Part shown: piece after piece, positions 32,082-46,712 of the stretch
How the letters are laid out: each line of letters starts with the position of its first letter
How positions within the stretch are numbered: position 1 is the stretch's first letter
Program-made: the position numbers and the translations under genes
Assembly (NCBI GenBank): GCA_002269645.1
Contig: NIVC01000501.1
Span: forward strand, 1 to 64,000
Direction of reading: 5' to 3'
Source of the DNA: Macrostomum lignano
Lineage: Eukaryota
Length of the DNA: 64,000 nt
The notes under the pieces: generated by a model
Database searches by the model: none
Told to the model about the DNA's origin: nothing
What the model saw: the letters and a program-made list of their open reading frames with translations, nothing else

Positions 32082-34078
32082 TGGAGAGGAGAGGAGAGGA
32101 GAGGAGAGGAGAGAGGAGATGAGAGGAAAGGGGAGGAGAGGAGAGGAGAGGAGAGGAGAGGAAAGGGGAGGAGAGGAGAGGAGAGGAGAGGAGAGGAGAG
32201 GAGAGGAGAGGGGAGGAGAGGAGAGGAGAGGAGAGGAAAGGGGAGGTGAGGAGAGGAGAGGAGAGGGGAGGAGAGGAGAGGAGAGGAGAGGAGAGGAGAG
32301 TAGAGGAGAGGGGAGGAGAGGGGAGGGAGAGGACAGGAGAGGAGAGGAGAGGAGAGGAGAGGAGAGGAGAGGAGAGGAGAGGAGAGGAGAGGAGAGGACA
32401 GGAGAGGAGAGGAGAGGAGAGGACAGGACAGGAGATGGGAGGAGAGGAGAGGAGAGGAAAAAGAGGAGAGGAGAGGGAGGAGAGGAGAGGAGAGGAGAGG
32501 AGAGGAGAGGAGAGGAGAGGAGAGGAGAGGAGAGAGGAGATGAGAGGAAAGGAGAGGAAAGGAGAGGAGAGGAGAGGAGAGAGGAGATGAGAGGAAAGGA
32601 GAGGAGAGGAGAGGAGAGGAGAGGAGAGGAGAGGAGAGGAGAGGAGAGTGGAGGAGAGGAGAGGAGAGGAGAGGAGAGGAGAGGAGAGGAGAGGAGAGGA
32701 GAGGAGAGTGGAGGAGAGAGAGAGGAGAGGAGAGGAGAGGAGAGGAGAGGAGAGGAGAGGAGAGGAGAGTAGAGGAGAGGAGAGGACAGGAGAGGAGAGG
32801 AGAGGAGAGGAGAGGACAGGACAGGAGATGGGAGGAGAGGAGAGGAGAGGAAAAAGAGGAGAGGAGAGGGGAGGAGAGGAGAGGAGAGGAGAGGAGAGGA
32901 GAGGAGAGGAGAGGAGAGGAGAGGAGAGGAGAGGAGGGGAGAGGAATAGAGGCAAGGACTGGAGAGGGGAGGGGAGGGGAGGAGAGGAGAGGAGAGGACA
33001 GGAGAGGAGAGGAGAGGAGAGGAGAGGAGAGGAGAGGAGAGGAGAGGAGAGGAGAGGAGAGGAGAGGAGAGGAGAGGAGAGGAGAGGAGAGGAGAGGAGA
33101 GGAGAGGAGAGGAGAGGAGAGGGGAGGAGATGGGAGGAGAGGAGAGGAGAGTAGAGGAGAGGAGAGGAGAGGAGAGTAGAGGAGAGGAGAGGAGAGGAGA
33201 GGAGAGGAGAGGAGAGGAGAGGAGAGGAGAGGACAGGAGAGGAGAGGACAGGAGATGGGAGGAGAGGAGAGGAGAGGAGAGGAGAGGAGAGGAGAGGAGA
33301 GGAGAGGAGAGGAGAGGAGAGGAGAGGAGAGGAGAGGAGAGGAGAGGAGAGGAGAGGAGAGAGGAGAGGAGAGGAGAGGAGAGGAAAAGAGGAGAGGAGA
33401 GGAGAGGAGAGGAGAGGAGAGGAGAAGAGAGGAGAGGAGAGGAGAGGAGAGGAGAGGAGAGGAGAGGAGAGGAGAGGGGAGGAGATGGGAGGAGATGGGA
33501 GGAGAGGAGAAAAGAGGTGAGGAGAGGAGAGGAGAGGAGAGGATAGGACAGGAGAGGAGAGGAGAGGAGAGGATAGGAGAGGAGAGGAGAGGAGAGGAGA
33601 GGAGAGGAGAGGAGAGGACAGGAGAGGAGAGGACAGGAGATGGGAGGAGAGGAGAGGAGAGGAAAAAGAGGAGAGGAGAGGAGAGGAGAGGAGAGGAGAG
33701 GAGAGGAGAGGAGAGGAGAGGAGAGGAGAGGAGAGGAGAGGACAGGAGAGGAGAGGAGAGGAGAGGAGAGGACAGGAGAGGAGAGGAGAGGAGAGGACAG
33801 GAGAGGAGAGGAGAGGAGAGGAGAGGGGAGGAGATGGGAGGAGAGGAGAGGAGAGGAGAGGGGAGGAGAGGAGAGGGGAGGAGAGGAGAGGAGAGGAGAG
33901 GAGAGGAGAGGGGAGGAGATGGGAGGAGAGGAGAGGAGAGGAGAGGGAGGAGATGGGAGGAGAGGAGAGGAGAGGAGAGGGGAGGAGAGGAGAGGGAGGA
34001 CAGGAGAGGAGAGGGGAGGAGAGGAGAGGAGAGGAGAGGAGAGGGGAGGAGAGAGAGATGAGAGAGGAGAAGGAAGAG
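32082..34078. repeat. (GGAGA)n pentanucleotide satellite
   Basis: About 2 kb pentamer run. Confidence 0.97.
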
Positions 34079-34690
34079 AGACAAAAAAGCAGATCCAATG
34101 AGATGCTGGTATCTGAGACAGCCATAGCAGCCGAGAATCTCAGTGCAGGCCTCAGCCTGTCCTACAAAACCCTACAAAATCTGATTGTATGCAGCACATG
34201 CATCACAATATTCCAAGTGAACTCTTTGCCCAATTACACAGCAGGAGAATGTCACAAGCTGCAGTCCGACAAGCCACCCGACTCCCTGCGATTGTTTTAA
34301 CAATAAGAACACGCAGGTACAACGCGCATGAATACAACAGAGAATAAATACATAATTACTGATACACAGCTACGCTCGAAAATCTACGATTGCTGCTAAT
34401 ACGATGCTAATCTGTCAATTCGATATTGATCACTGAAGCCAGACTGCATCGAGATCGAGCCAACCCGAGGAAGCGCTTGGGGGAGGGTGCACAGGCCCGA
34501 GACAGTGGATCATTTTTGTCCAAAGGATTAGAGTGGAGCCCTGTGAGATGGAGAGGATTTTTGGCTTGATTCTTGTTCCATAAATTCCCTTATCATCCCC
34601 ATTGGTAATCCTTCACAAGAGCGAGACATTTTGAGACTATACTCAAATAGTTGTGGGGCTTCCGGCAAACGGCATGGAGGTGGGTGCGGC

Positions 34691-35048
<358 letters not shown>

Positions 35049-35689
35049 CCCAGTGGATGCAGCAAGGCTATATAGGCGCCAAACTACATCCTACGCGTGA
35101 CATATTCGTTTTAATATTCCAATTCCAAATTCACGCTTTCTCAAGTGCAGCAGAGAACGTGACCATCTAGTGCACCGAGAGGATTTTAGCTATGACACTA
35201 TTTCAACATCCCTTGCATAAGGCGCGCATATGACAGTCAGACAGACAGGTGAAGGTCCCATATAGCTCTGTTAGCATCCAGGTCAGTCTCAATAATTCCG
35301 TCTAACACCGCACACCCTATCCGCCCATGCACCCCAATAGGTCCGTATCTCACTCATTGCCAGAGCAGCGCTGGGCACATCATCTGAGGTAGTGCAGAGT
35401 CCACGCGCCAGCCTGCTCAATCATTTCTCTTGCCCGGCGACTGCTTGAGGGGTGAGGCACAAACCACCACCCACCCTCTGCAATCTTTGGATCAGGGCGG
35501 ATCTTTTCTAGCCCTGCATCCGGTTCCCTTATCCACATATATGAAAGGTATAGAAGTTCCGGTCTCGCTGTGCCAATAATGGTGATTAATTTTTTACCTG
35601 AGCTATGCTTATTACTATAATTATTGCAACCATCACAAGCTTTTGATTATTTGTAGTGCCTTCGGCTGCGAATGCCAATGAATTGCCAA

Positions 35690-38600
35690 TGGGGTGGGAA
35701 AGGCATATAGAAAGGGGTGGGAAAGACACATAAACGGGATGGGAAAGAGACACAGAAAGGGGGGGGAAACAGAAAGGATGGGAAAGACACACAGAAAGGG
35801 TGGGAAAGACACACAGAAAGGATGGGAAATACACATAAAAGGGATGGGAAAGACACACAGAAAGGATGGGAAAGACACATAAAAATGATGGGAAAGACAC
35901 ACAGAAAGGATGGGAAAGACACATAAAAGGGATGGGAAAGAGACACAGAAAGGGGGGAAACAGAAAGGATGGGAAAGACACACAGAAAGGGGGGAAACAC
36001 AAAGGATGGGAAAGACACACAGAAAGGGGAGGGAACAGAAAGGATGGGAAAGACACACAGAAAGGATGGGAAAGACACACAGAAGGGATGGGAAAGACAC
36101 ACAGAAAGGATGGGAAAGACACACAGAAAGGATGGGAAAGACACACAGAAAGGATGGGAAAGACACACAGAAAGGATGGGAAAGACGCACAGAAAGGATG
36201 GGAAAGACGCACAGAAAGGATGGGAAAGACACACAGAAGGGATGGGAAAGACACACAGAAAGGATGGGAAAGACACACAGAAAGGATGGGAAAGACACAC
36301 AGAAAGGATGGGAAAGACACACAGAAAGGATGGGAAAGACACACAGAAAGGGTGGGAAAGACACACAGAAGGGATGGGAAAGACACACAGAAAGGATGGG
36401 AAAGACACACAGAAAGGGTGGGAAAGACACACAGAAAGGGTGGGAAAGACACACAGAAGGGATGGGAAAGACACACAGAAAGGATGGGAAAGACACACAG
36501 AAAGGATGGGAAAGACACACAGAAAGGATGGGAAAGACACACAGAAAGGATGGGAAAGACACATAAAAATGATGGGAAAGACACACAGAAAGGATGGGAA
36601 AGACACACAGAAAGGATGGGAAAGACACACAGAAAGGGTGGGAAAGACACAGAAAGGGTGGGAAAGACACACAGAAAGGGTGGGAAAGACACACAGAAAG
36701 GGTGGGAAAGACACAGAAAGGGTGGGAAAGACACACAGAAAGGATGGGAAAGACACACAGAAAGGGTGGGAAAGACACACAGAAAGGGTGGGAAAGACAC
36801 ACAGAAAGGGTGGGAAAGACACACAGAAAGGGTGGGAAAGACACAGAAAGGGTGGGAAAGACACACAGAAAGGATGGGAAAGACACACAGAAAGGATGGG
36901 AAAGACACACAGAAAGGATGGGAAAGACACACAGAAGGGATGGGAAAGACACACAGAAGGGATGGGAAAGACACACAGAAGGGATGGGAAAGACACACAG
37001 AAGGGATGGGAAAGACACACAGAAAGGATGGGAAAGACACACAGAAAGGATGGGAAAGACACACAGAAAGGATGGGAAAGACACACAGAAAGGATGGGAA
37101 AGACACACAGAAGGGATGGGAAAGACACACAGAAAGGATGAGAAAGACACACAGAAAGGATGGGAAAGACACACAGAAAGGATGGGAAAGACACACAGAA
37201 AGGATGGGAAAGACACACAGAAAGGGTGGGAAAGACACACAGAAAGGATGGGAAAGACACACAGAAAGGATGGGAAAGACACACAGAAAGGGTGGGAAAG
37301 ACACAGAAAGGGTGGGAAAGACACACAGAAAGGATGGGAAAGACACACAGAAAGGATGGGAAAGACACACAGAAAGGGTGGGAAAGACACACAGAAAGGG
37401 TGGGAAAGACACACAGAAAGGGTGGGAAAGACACAGAAAGGGTGGGAAAGACACACAGAAAGGATGGGAAAGACACACAGAAAGGATGGGAAAGACACAT
37501 AAAAATGATGGGAAAGACACACAGAAAGGATGGGAAAGACACATAAAAGGGATGGGAAAGAGACACAGAAAGGGGGGAAACAGAAAGGATGGGAAAGACA
37601 CACAGAAAGGGGGGAAACACAAAGGATGGGAAAGACACACAGAAAGGGGAGGGAACAGAAAGGATGGGAAAGACACACAGAAAGGATGGGAAAGACACAC
37701 AGAAGGGATGGGAAAGACACACAGAAAGGATGGGAAAGACACACAGAAAGGATGGGAAAGACACACAGAAAGGATGGGAAAGACACACAGAAAGGATGGG
37801 AAAGACGCACAGAAAGGATGGGAAAGACGCACAGAAAGGATGGGAAAGACACACAGAAGGGATGGGAAAGACACACAGAAAGGATGGGAAAGACACACAG
37901 AAAGGATGGGAAAGACACACAGAAAGGATGGGAAAGACACACAGAAAGGATGGGAAAGACACACAGAAAGGGTGGGAAAGACACACAGAAGGGATGGGAA
38001 AGACACACAGAAAGGATGGGAAAGACACACAGAAAGGGTGGGAAAGACACACAGAAAGGGTGGGAAAGACACACAGAAGGGATGGGAAAGACACACAGAA
38101 AGGATGGGAAAGACACACAGAAAGGATGGGAAAGACACACAGAAAGGATGGGAAAGACACACAGAAAGGATGGGAAAGACACACAGAAAGGGTGGGAAAG
38201 ACACACAGAAAGGATGGGAAAGACACACAGAAAGGATGGGAAAGACACACAGAAAGGGTGGGAAAGACACAGAAAGGGTGGGAAAGACACACAGAAAGGG
38301 TGGGAAAGACACAGAAAGGGTGGGAAAGACACACAGAAAGGATGGGAAAGACACACAGAAAGGGTGGGAAAGACACACAGAAAGGGTGGGAAAGACACAC
38401 AGAAAGGGTGGGAAAGACACACAGAAAGGGTGGGAAAGACACAGAAAGGGTGGGAAAGACACACAGAAAGGATGGGAAAGACACACAGAAAGGATGGGAA
38501 AGACACACAGAAAGGATGGGAAAGACACACAGAAGGGATGGGAAAGACACACAGAAGGGATGGGAAAGACACACAGAAGGGATGGGAAAGACACACAGAA

Positions 38601-39355
38601 GGGATGGGAAAGACACACAGAAAGGATGGGAAAGACACACAGAAAGGATGGGAAAGACACACAGAAAGGATGGGAAAGACACACAGAAAGGATGGGAAAG
38701 ACACACAGAAGGGATGGGAAAGACACACAGAAAGGATGGGAAAGACACACAGAAAGGATGGGAAAGACACACAGAAAGGATGGGAAAGACACACAGAAAG
38801 GATGGGAAAGACACACAGAAAGGGTGGGAAAGACACACAGAAAGGATGGGAAAGACACACAGAAAGGATGGGAAAGACACACAGAAAGGGTGGGAAAGAC
38901 ACAGAAAGGGTGGGAAAGACACACAGAAAGGATGGGAAAGACACACAGAAAGGATGGGAAAGACACACAGAAAGGGTGGGAAAGACACACAGAAAGGGTG
39001 GGAAAGACACACAGAAAGGGTGGGAAAGACACAGAAAGGGTGGGAAAGACACACAGAAAGGATGGGAAAGACACACAGAAAGGATGGGAAAGACACACAG
39101 AAAGGATGGGAAAGACACACAGAAAGGATGGGAAAGACACACAGAAAGGATGGGAAAGACACACAGAAGGGATGGGAAAGACACACAGAAGGGATGGGAA
39201 AGACACACAGAAGGGATGGGAAAGACACACAGAAAGGATGGGAAAGACACACAGAAGGGATGGGAAAGACACACAGAAAGGATGGGAAAGACACACAGAA
39301 AGGATGGGAAAGACACACAGAAAGGATGGGAAAGACACACAGAAAGGATGGGAAA
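35690..39355. repeat. 22-bp minisatellite array, about 3.7 kb
   Basis: ACACACAGAAAGGATGGGAAAG units. The stop-free unit explains the >1200-aa ORFs. Confidence 0.97.
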
Positions 39356-39714
39356 AACAGGCAAATCCAAAAAAGTCATCCTGGGCTCCCGGAGTCGGGG
39401 CAGTTAGCAACTTGATGGAGAAAGCTGCTGGACCAAACACAAGCCGCCCTACCAGCGCATCGACAGCTGCAGGACACAACAAAAAAAGCAAAAGAACTGC
39501 TTTTTTGAAATTCCATCGCAAGAAAATGGTGCACCTGCGACCAATGTTGAACCAGCGCAGAGAACTGCTTTAGGGGATATTTTTGGCTGTTCGCACAGAG
39601 GAAGGAAATTAAGTCAATAAGGGAGGAATATAGAAAGGGGTATTTGGGTGCCTGCTGATGCAACTATCATTTGTGGGATCACACTTTCCTGTGTGAGTGA
39701 CCCCGACCTCCTTT

Positions 39715-40285
39715 ATGTGTGATCCCACCCTGTACTGTCCGTGTGATCCCACCCTGTACTGTCTGTGTGAACCCACCCTGTACTGCCAGTGTGATCCCAC
39801 CGTGTACTGTCAGTGTGATCCCACCCTGTACTGTCTGTGTGAACCCACCCTGTACTGCCAGTGTGAACCCACCCTGTACTGTCTGTGTGAACCCACCCTG
39901 TACTGCCAGTGTGATCCCACCCTGTACTGTCTGTGTGATCCCACCCTGTACTGCCAGTGTGATCGCACCCTGCACTGTCTGTGTGATCCCACCCTGTACT
40001 GCCAGTGTGATCGCACCCTGCACTGTCTGTGTGATCACACCCTGTACTGCCAGTGTGATCCCACCCTGCACTGTCTGTGTGATCCCACCCTGTACTGCCA
40101 GTGTGATCGCACCCTGCACTGTCTGTGTGATCCCACCCTGTACTGCCAGTGTGATCCCACCCTGCACTGTCTGTGTGAACCCACCCTGAACTGTCTGTGT
40201 GAACCCACCCTGCACTGTCTGTGTGAACCCACCCTGAACTGTCTGTGTGAACCCACCCTGCACTGTGTGATCCCACCCTCCACTG
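39715..40285. repeat. 24-bp minisatellite
   Basis: GTGTGATCCCACCCTGTACTG(TCT/CCA) units. Confidence 0.93.
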
Positions 40286-40934
40286 TCCGTGATAATTGAT
40301 TGTGAATATAAATGCAAGGAAACACCAACGCATTAATGCAGTACATCAGTTAATAATAAGTGTTGCGCAGAAGCAAATAGTTGCAATACTTGCATATTAT
40401 ATTATTATTTTTAGACGAGCATACCAAAAAGTGCACAAATTTCCGATTAGTTTCAACTTTTATTAAACGCGAGTAAGCAATAAATAAAAAGTACTTTAGT
40501 ATACGCAAGAATAATAGCAGAATGATAATAAGTACTACTGTAGACAGCAATAATATATACGGATGGAAAAGTTTGGAATAATTACGAGCTAATAGCCTCA
40601 ATCAGCTACTACATAAGTAGAAATATTAGGAAATGTTTGCTAATTAATATACATCCAATGATTTAGAGACTATTAACTCCAAAAAATAGAAGTGCTTCTA
40701 GGCGCATGATATTATACAGCAAAGAAATACAGAAAACTTGATTGCAAAAATTAAATTTATATTAATACAGTGCTACAGCTTGATAATAGTAGCTAACTAG
40801 AATTTTTTTACCGCTATTGTAAACATGATCACGAAAGATATGGTGTCATGTAATATTTTTTGCTAGAAAACTGGCAGACTGCGTCGAACTACGAGTAGAA
40901 GGAAAAAATAAGGCCAGACTTTGGAGTGACCCTA

Positions 40935-42262
40935 AAAGGGACAATGATCCCCAGATTAAGGGAGGACAACGACCCATTGATTAAGGAAGGACAATGATCC
41001 CTTATTGAGGGAGGACAATGACTCCCTGATTAAGGGAGGACAACGACCCATTGATTAAGGAAGGACAATGACTCCCTTATAAAGGGAGGACAATGACCCC
41101 CTGATTAAGGGAGGACAATGAACCCCTGATTAAGGAAGTACAATGAACTCCTGATTAAGGGAGGACAATGACCCCCTGATTAAGGGTGGACAATGACCCC
41201 CTGATTAAGGGAGGACAATGGCCCCCTGATTAAGGGAGGACAATGAACCCCTGATTAAGGAAGTACAATGAACTCCTGATTAAGGGAGGACAACGACCCA
41301 TTGATTAAGGAAGGACAACGATCCCTTATTGAGGGAGGACAATGACCCCCTGATTAAGGGAGCACAACGACCCATTGATTAAGGAAGGACAACGATCCCT
41401 TATTGAGGGAGGACAATGACCCCCTGATTAAGGGAGCACAACGACTCATTGATTAAGGACAATGATCCCCTTAAAGGGAGGACAATGACTCCCTGATTAA
41501 GGGAGGACAATGACCCCCTGATTAAGGGAGGACAATGACCCCCTGATTAAGGAAGTACAATGACCTCCTGATTAAGGGAGGACAACGACCCATTGATTAA
41601 GGAAGGACAACGATCCCTTATTGAGGGAGGACAATGACCCCCTGATTAAGGGAGCACAACGACTCATTGATTAAGAATGACAATGATCCCCTTTTTAAGG
41701 TAGGACAATGACTCCCTTATAAAGGGAGGACAATGACTCCCTTATAAAGGGAGGACAATGACTCCCTGATTAAGGGAGGACAATGACCCCCTGATTAAGG
41801 AAGTACAATGACCTACAGGCTAGGGGAGGACAATGATCCCCTGATTAAGGGAGGACAATGACCTACAGGCTAGGGGAGGACAATGATCCCCTGATTAAGG
41901 GAGGACAATGACCTACAGGCTAGGGGAGGACAATGATCCCCTTATTAAGGGAGGACAATGACTCCCTTATAAAGGGAGGACAATGAACCCTGATAAGAGA
42001 GGACAATGACCCCCTGATTAAGGAATTACAATGACTCCCTGATTAAGGAAGTACAATGACCTGATTAAGGGAGGACAATGACCAACTGATTAAGGGAGGG
42101 CAATGACCAACTGATTAAGGGAGGACAATGACCAACTGATTAAGGAAGTACAATGACCTCCTGATTAAGGGAGGACAATGACCAACTGATTAAGGGAGGA
42201 CAATGACCAACTGATTAAGGGAGGGCAATGACCAACTGATTAAGGGAGGGCAATGACTCTAA
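40935..42262. repeat. 25-bp minisatellite
   Basis: ATTAAGGGAGGACAATGACCCCCTG units. Confidence 0.93.
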
Positions 42263-42936
42263 TTAATGTAGGACAGGCCTACGTTAAGAATCGGCAATAA
42301 TCGCAGTGATATATTTGATACACCATGCGTTAAAAATACAAGGGAATTATAAATAGCAGAAAACACCCGATTCAGTGCACAGGGAATACACTAAAGGGGA
42401 TTATAAGAAAAGCGCCAAAGTACCAAAAAAATTGAGAGGAGAAATAACAGCAGATATTATTGCAAATTACAACAAATATACTTTATCTTAGAAATTGCGA
42501 AAAAAACCAATAAAACGAAGATTCGCGTTTGTGATTACAAAGAAAAGTATAAATGCCGTTAGAAGCGCACATTATTATATTTAATAATAATTTTTTTACT
42601 CGTTATAATCGGTAAATAACAAAGAAAACGAACAACCGGTAAACAGTTCGGCAAAAAAGGAGTTGCAAAAAACTTTCATACAAAAATAAGCTTACGCTTT
42701 ACTTGGAAAAAGGTATTTAAAAAGCCCTACATACTACTGCCATGTTGACAGATTTGTTTTTCGATACATATCGGCGTCTTCAAAATTATGAATAGCTTTT
42801 ATTAAAACCGCAGCTAGAAAATATGAAAAAAATTGCGGTATACAGCAAATTCAGTAGGTAAGTAGTATGATACAAAAATTTTGACAAAAAACTTTAGGAC
42901 AGACTTTGTCTTCTTCGAAAAAAAACAAATTAGAAT

Positions 42937-45900
42937 TCACTTGTCCCGACAAACCGGATATTTGCCCAGTTTCTCTTCGGCATCGCTGCCGTCGGATTTT
43001 AACGGGACCAGAAATACGCACTGCGCGTAGCCCATAGCAACTTCGGCAACGCGAACTCGTTCGAGTGCTTTGCAGACCATTGGCCTGGCTGATGACTTCA
43101 CCATGTCGCCGTGGCCCAGCTCGCCAAATGTAGGCGACGGGCCCCACGTGATGCAGCTGGTGTCGGCCAGTACAGCGCAGCTGCGATTGCCGGCCGACAG
43201 TCGGCGAATCGACCAGCCGCTCAGGTCCATGAGAGCCTAGGATTGTGGGGGAGAGACGATATGTATAGAAATATATATTTAAATATCAGTATAAAGAGCA
43301 AAACTATAGGCTTTATATTACCAAATATGATCCATCCTTAAATGTCTGTGATCCCATCTCTCCTGTCTGTGATCCCACCCTCGCCTGTCTGTGATCCCAC
43401 CCTCGCCTGTCTGTGATCCCACCCTCCCGTCTGTGATCCCACCTTCCCCAGTCTGTGATCCCACCCTCCGCTGTCTGTGATCCCACCCTCCCGTTTATGA
43501 TCTCACCCTCCCGTCTGTGATCCCACCCTCCCGTTTATGATCTCACCCTCCGCTGTCTGTGATCCCACCCTCCCGTTTATGATCCCACCCTCCCGTCTGT
43601 GATCCCACCTTCCCCCGTCTGTGATCCCACCCTCCGCTGTCTGTGATCTCACCCTCCACAAAATCTAGCTTCACTGCCGATATGTATCGAAAAGAACAGT
43701 TGAACATGCGGTCTCACCTTCGGATACATATTAGCCTCGCCGGAGCTTTTCTGCTGTCCCCACAAATAGGTGACTGGCGGCGCAGAGGGATTTGCCGGCG
43801 CCGTAGTGGCGATAGTGTAGGCGCCGCCGCAGCTCACCCGATCCACGCGCTGCCTAGTGTTGCTGAAATAATTCACTAGCCTTGGCCGCAACTCATTGCG
43901 CGTAGAATTATGGCCAAGACGGCCGTAGCCACCGAATCCCCAAGTCCATAGGCGACCCTCGGAATCCAGGCACGCGCAGTGGCTCGGACCGCAGCTCGCC
44001 GCTATCACGCGGACGCCTTCGATCACGGATTTGGCACCGGGCCGGCCGCCGCGGCCTTCCTCTTCACGCACAAATGACACGATAGGCGCTAGGCGGGATT
44101 CCATCTTGTGGACCAGCTTTGTGCCCTGGAGTTGGGTGAGTACAGGTGGGGTATTATATAATTCCCTAAGAGTTCAGGTAAACTAAAAAGACTCAAAAGG
44201 AACCCATGTATAGACAACAATGATCCCCAATAATCCCAGGTGGACAACAATGATCCCCAATAATCCCAGGTGGACAACAATGATCCCCAATAATCCCAGG
44301 TGGACAACAATGATCCCCAATAATCCCAGGTTGACAACAATGATCCCCAATAATCCCAGGTGGACAACAATGATCCCCAATAATCCCAGGTTGACAACAA
44401 CGATCCCCAATAATCCCAGGTTGACAACAATGATCCCCAATAATCCCAGGTGGACAACAATGATCCCCAATAATCCCAGGTGGACAACAATGATCCCCAA
44501 TAATCCCAGGTAGACAACAATGATCCCCAATAATCCCAGGTAGACAACAATGATCCCCAATAATCCCAGGTAGACAACAATGATCCCCAATAATCCCAGG
44601 TAGACAACAATGATCCCCAATAATCCCAGGTAAAGAACAATGATCCCCAATAATCCCAGGTGGACAACAATGATCCCCAATAATCCCAGGTAGACAACAA
44701 TGATCCCCAATAATCCCAGGTGGACAACAATGATCCCCAATAATCCCAGGTGGACAACAATGATCCCCAATAATCCCAGGTGGACAACAATGATCCCCAA
44801 TAATCCCAGGTGGACAACAATGATCCCCAATAAGCCCAGGTGAACAACAATGACCCATAATAATCCCAGGTGAACAACAATGACCCATAATAATCCCAGG
44901 TAGACAACAATGATCCCCAATAATCCCAGGTAGACAACAATGATCTCTAATATTACCAAGTAGACAACAATGATCTCTAATAATCCCAGTTAGACTAAAA
45001 TAATCCCAGGTGGACAACAACGATCCCCAATAATCCCATTTAGACTTGAAAGTTTAATCTCCACAGCATGCTTATAGTACTCAAGAAATTATAAAGTAGT
45101 GAACTGATAAGCCTGAGCACACGCACCTCAAAGTACTGGCTGTCGGAGCCGTGCCCCAGTTGTCCATTCTCTGGATGGCCGCAGGTGAACATCATACCGG
45201 AGCTATCAATCAGCAGTGAGAAATCTCCCCCAGCCTCAACCTGAGCAATACGCCTGCTACCAACAGTTGGCATAGCCATGGGTTTAGGCGTTGGCACGCC
45301 AGTGTCTTTGCCATTGGCTACGGACCCAATTCCCAGCTGGCCAGACCGATTGTCACCGCAGGCGAACACTTCACCGCGCGAAGTTAAAAACAAAGTGTGC
45401 GACCTGCCGCAGGCGGCCGAGACTACGCGAATATTGCGCAGAGCTTCAACTGGTCGAGCTTGAACTGAGGTGACCCTGTCTCCAACGCCCAGCTGGCCCA
45501 GCTGATTGCGACCGAATGTAAGCGCTTGACCTTCAACTGTCACTAATACAACGTGACAAGCGACCGTACCGCTGAACACTTTACTAATCCGAACTCCAAT
45601 TAAGCTCTCCATCCGATGCGGTGAGTACAAATTTGGTAGTTTGGCTTTCTTATCGTGCAACAATTGCCATTTGGTGGTGCCGCACCACAGCACTTCGCCT
45701 GGGCTAGAATCATCTGGAGCCTCGACAGTTTCTGCTTCTGCTGCATCATTGGCAACCGCTTTGCCGTCTGGTTGCTTGGATTCTTCTTCTTCTTTAGAGT
45801 CCTTCTCGGCCGATTCTGTCAGCTTGGAAACTGTTGTTACCCCGTTGCCATTAGCAACGCTATGACTGCCGTTATTGCCATTGCATAGTGGCTCAAGCTC

Positions 45901-46047
45901 TTTATCAGCTGGTTTGTTACCATCAAGATTAGCTGCTTTCTCTTCTGCATTAGCCGAGTTCAGTTTCACCTTCTTGGCCTCTGGACCGCCATCGCAGACG
46001 TCATGCTTATCTATTACAGCCTCAACAATGTTGCTTGTAGCAGACAT
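42937..46047 (-). CDS. RCC2: RCC1-repeat protein RCC2 (TD-60) homolog, about 542 aa
   Basis: Exons 45127-46047, 43718-44125, 42937-43236 (phase 0, GT-AG). Diagnostic segments WGFGGYGRLGH, NMYPK|ALMDLSGW, ITWGPSPTFGELGHG, VAMGYAQ and GHPENGQLGH. Confidence 0.93.
43345..43657. repeat. Imperfect 20-22-bp minisatellite in an RCC2 intron
   Basis: GTCTGTGATCCCACCCTC core. Confidence 0.85.
44212..45040. repeat. 30-bp minisatellite in an RCC2 intron
   Basis: GACAACAATGATCCCCAATAATCCCAGGT(G/A/T) units. Confidence 0.95.
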
Positions 46048-46625
46048 TTATGTGTAGTAATTTGATGCTAGTAACGCTTTTTCAACAATTAACTTTGGCT
46101 TTCTATAAATCTGAAATCATAAATAAGGCAAATGTTCACATTTAAAAAAACAATAGCTCAGGTGTATATTCAAAAATCAATGGGACTGTAATATTACAGG
46201 AGTCAAGCATGTCACAACCAACTGTTATATAGGCATAACAGATATAACTAAGTTATGGAAATTAATGGGAAATTAGTTAGCAATAGATACAGATAGGCTA
46301 TGGAAAAAAACTAGATATAGCTAGAGATATAGAAATTGATTATAATAGAACCAAAAAATTGTACTATTAGATTATCCTTGGATTTTGTTGGTAAAAAGGG
46401 CTCAGTAGCTATCTACAAAGGGTGTCTCAAAAGTTCCCAGAATGTTTGCTCTAGCTTCTCAGCACCTTGACCAATTTTGATGTTTTATATGTCAAACTAC
46501 AGAAAATTTTTCAACTAAAAAGCTTGTTTTTTTATTTTCTTGCTATCTGGTTCTGGTTAAGAGTTACATTAGGAAATTTAAAAGAAGGCCAATATTAATG
46601 TTGAAAAAACTTTAAATGTCTACAC

Positions 46626-46712
46626 CTTGAACTCTAGTGTGAGGATGTGGGGCACCCAACAAGCAGAACTCTTTGAGAGATTTAAATCAGTGGTAACAAT
46701 TTGATCATCCAA
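46626..46712 (-). mobile_element. Degenerate mariner transposase fragment
   Basis: Translates LDDQIVTTDLNLSKSSACWVPHILTLEFK, matching the mariner WVPHEL linker motif. A TIR-like AGGGTGTCTCAAAA lies near 46419. Confidence 0.55.

Noticed and set aside
39400-39500. Strong minus-strand acceptor (TTTTGTTGTGTCCTGCAG), plus isolated splice-like sites near 34160 and 31875, as extra exons
   Set aside because: They may be 5' UTR exons of the PKI-like gene, but I could not build a consistent coding chain and there is no independent support.
35586-39573. 1200-1300-aa ORFs in several frames on both strands, one with a signal-peptide-like start (MRWNFKKAVLLLFLL)
   Set aside because: They are translations of a stop-free 22-bp repeat. 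Simultaneous opening in many frames indicates no coding constraint.
39697-40299. Cys-rich 200-aa ORF (CDPTLYCQ)n resembling a metallothionein
   Set aside because: It is a translation of the 24-bp minisatellite, which is open in several frames.
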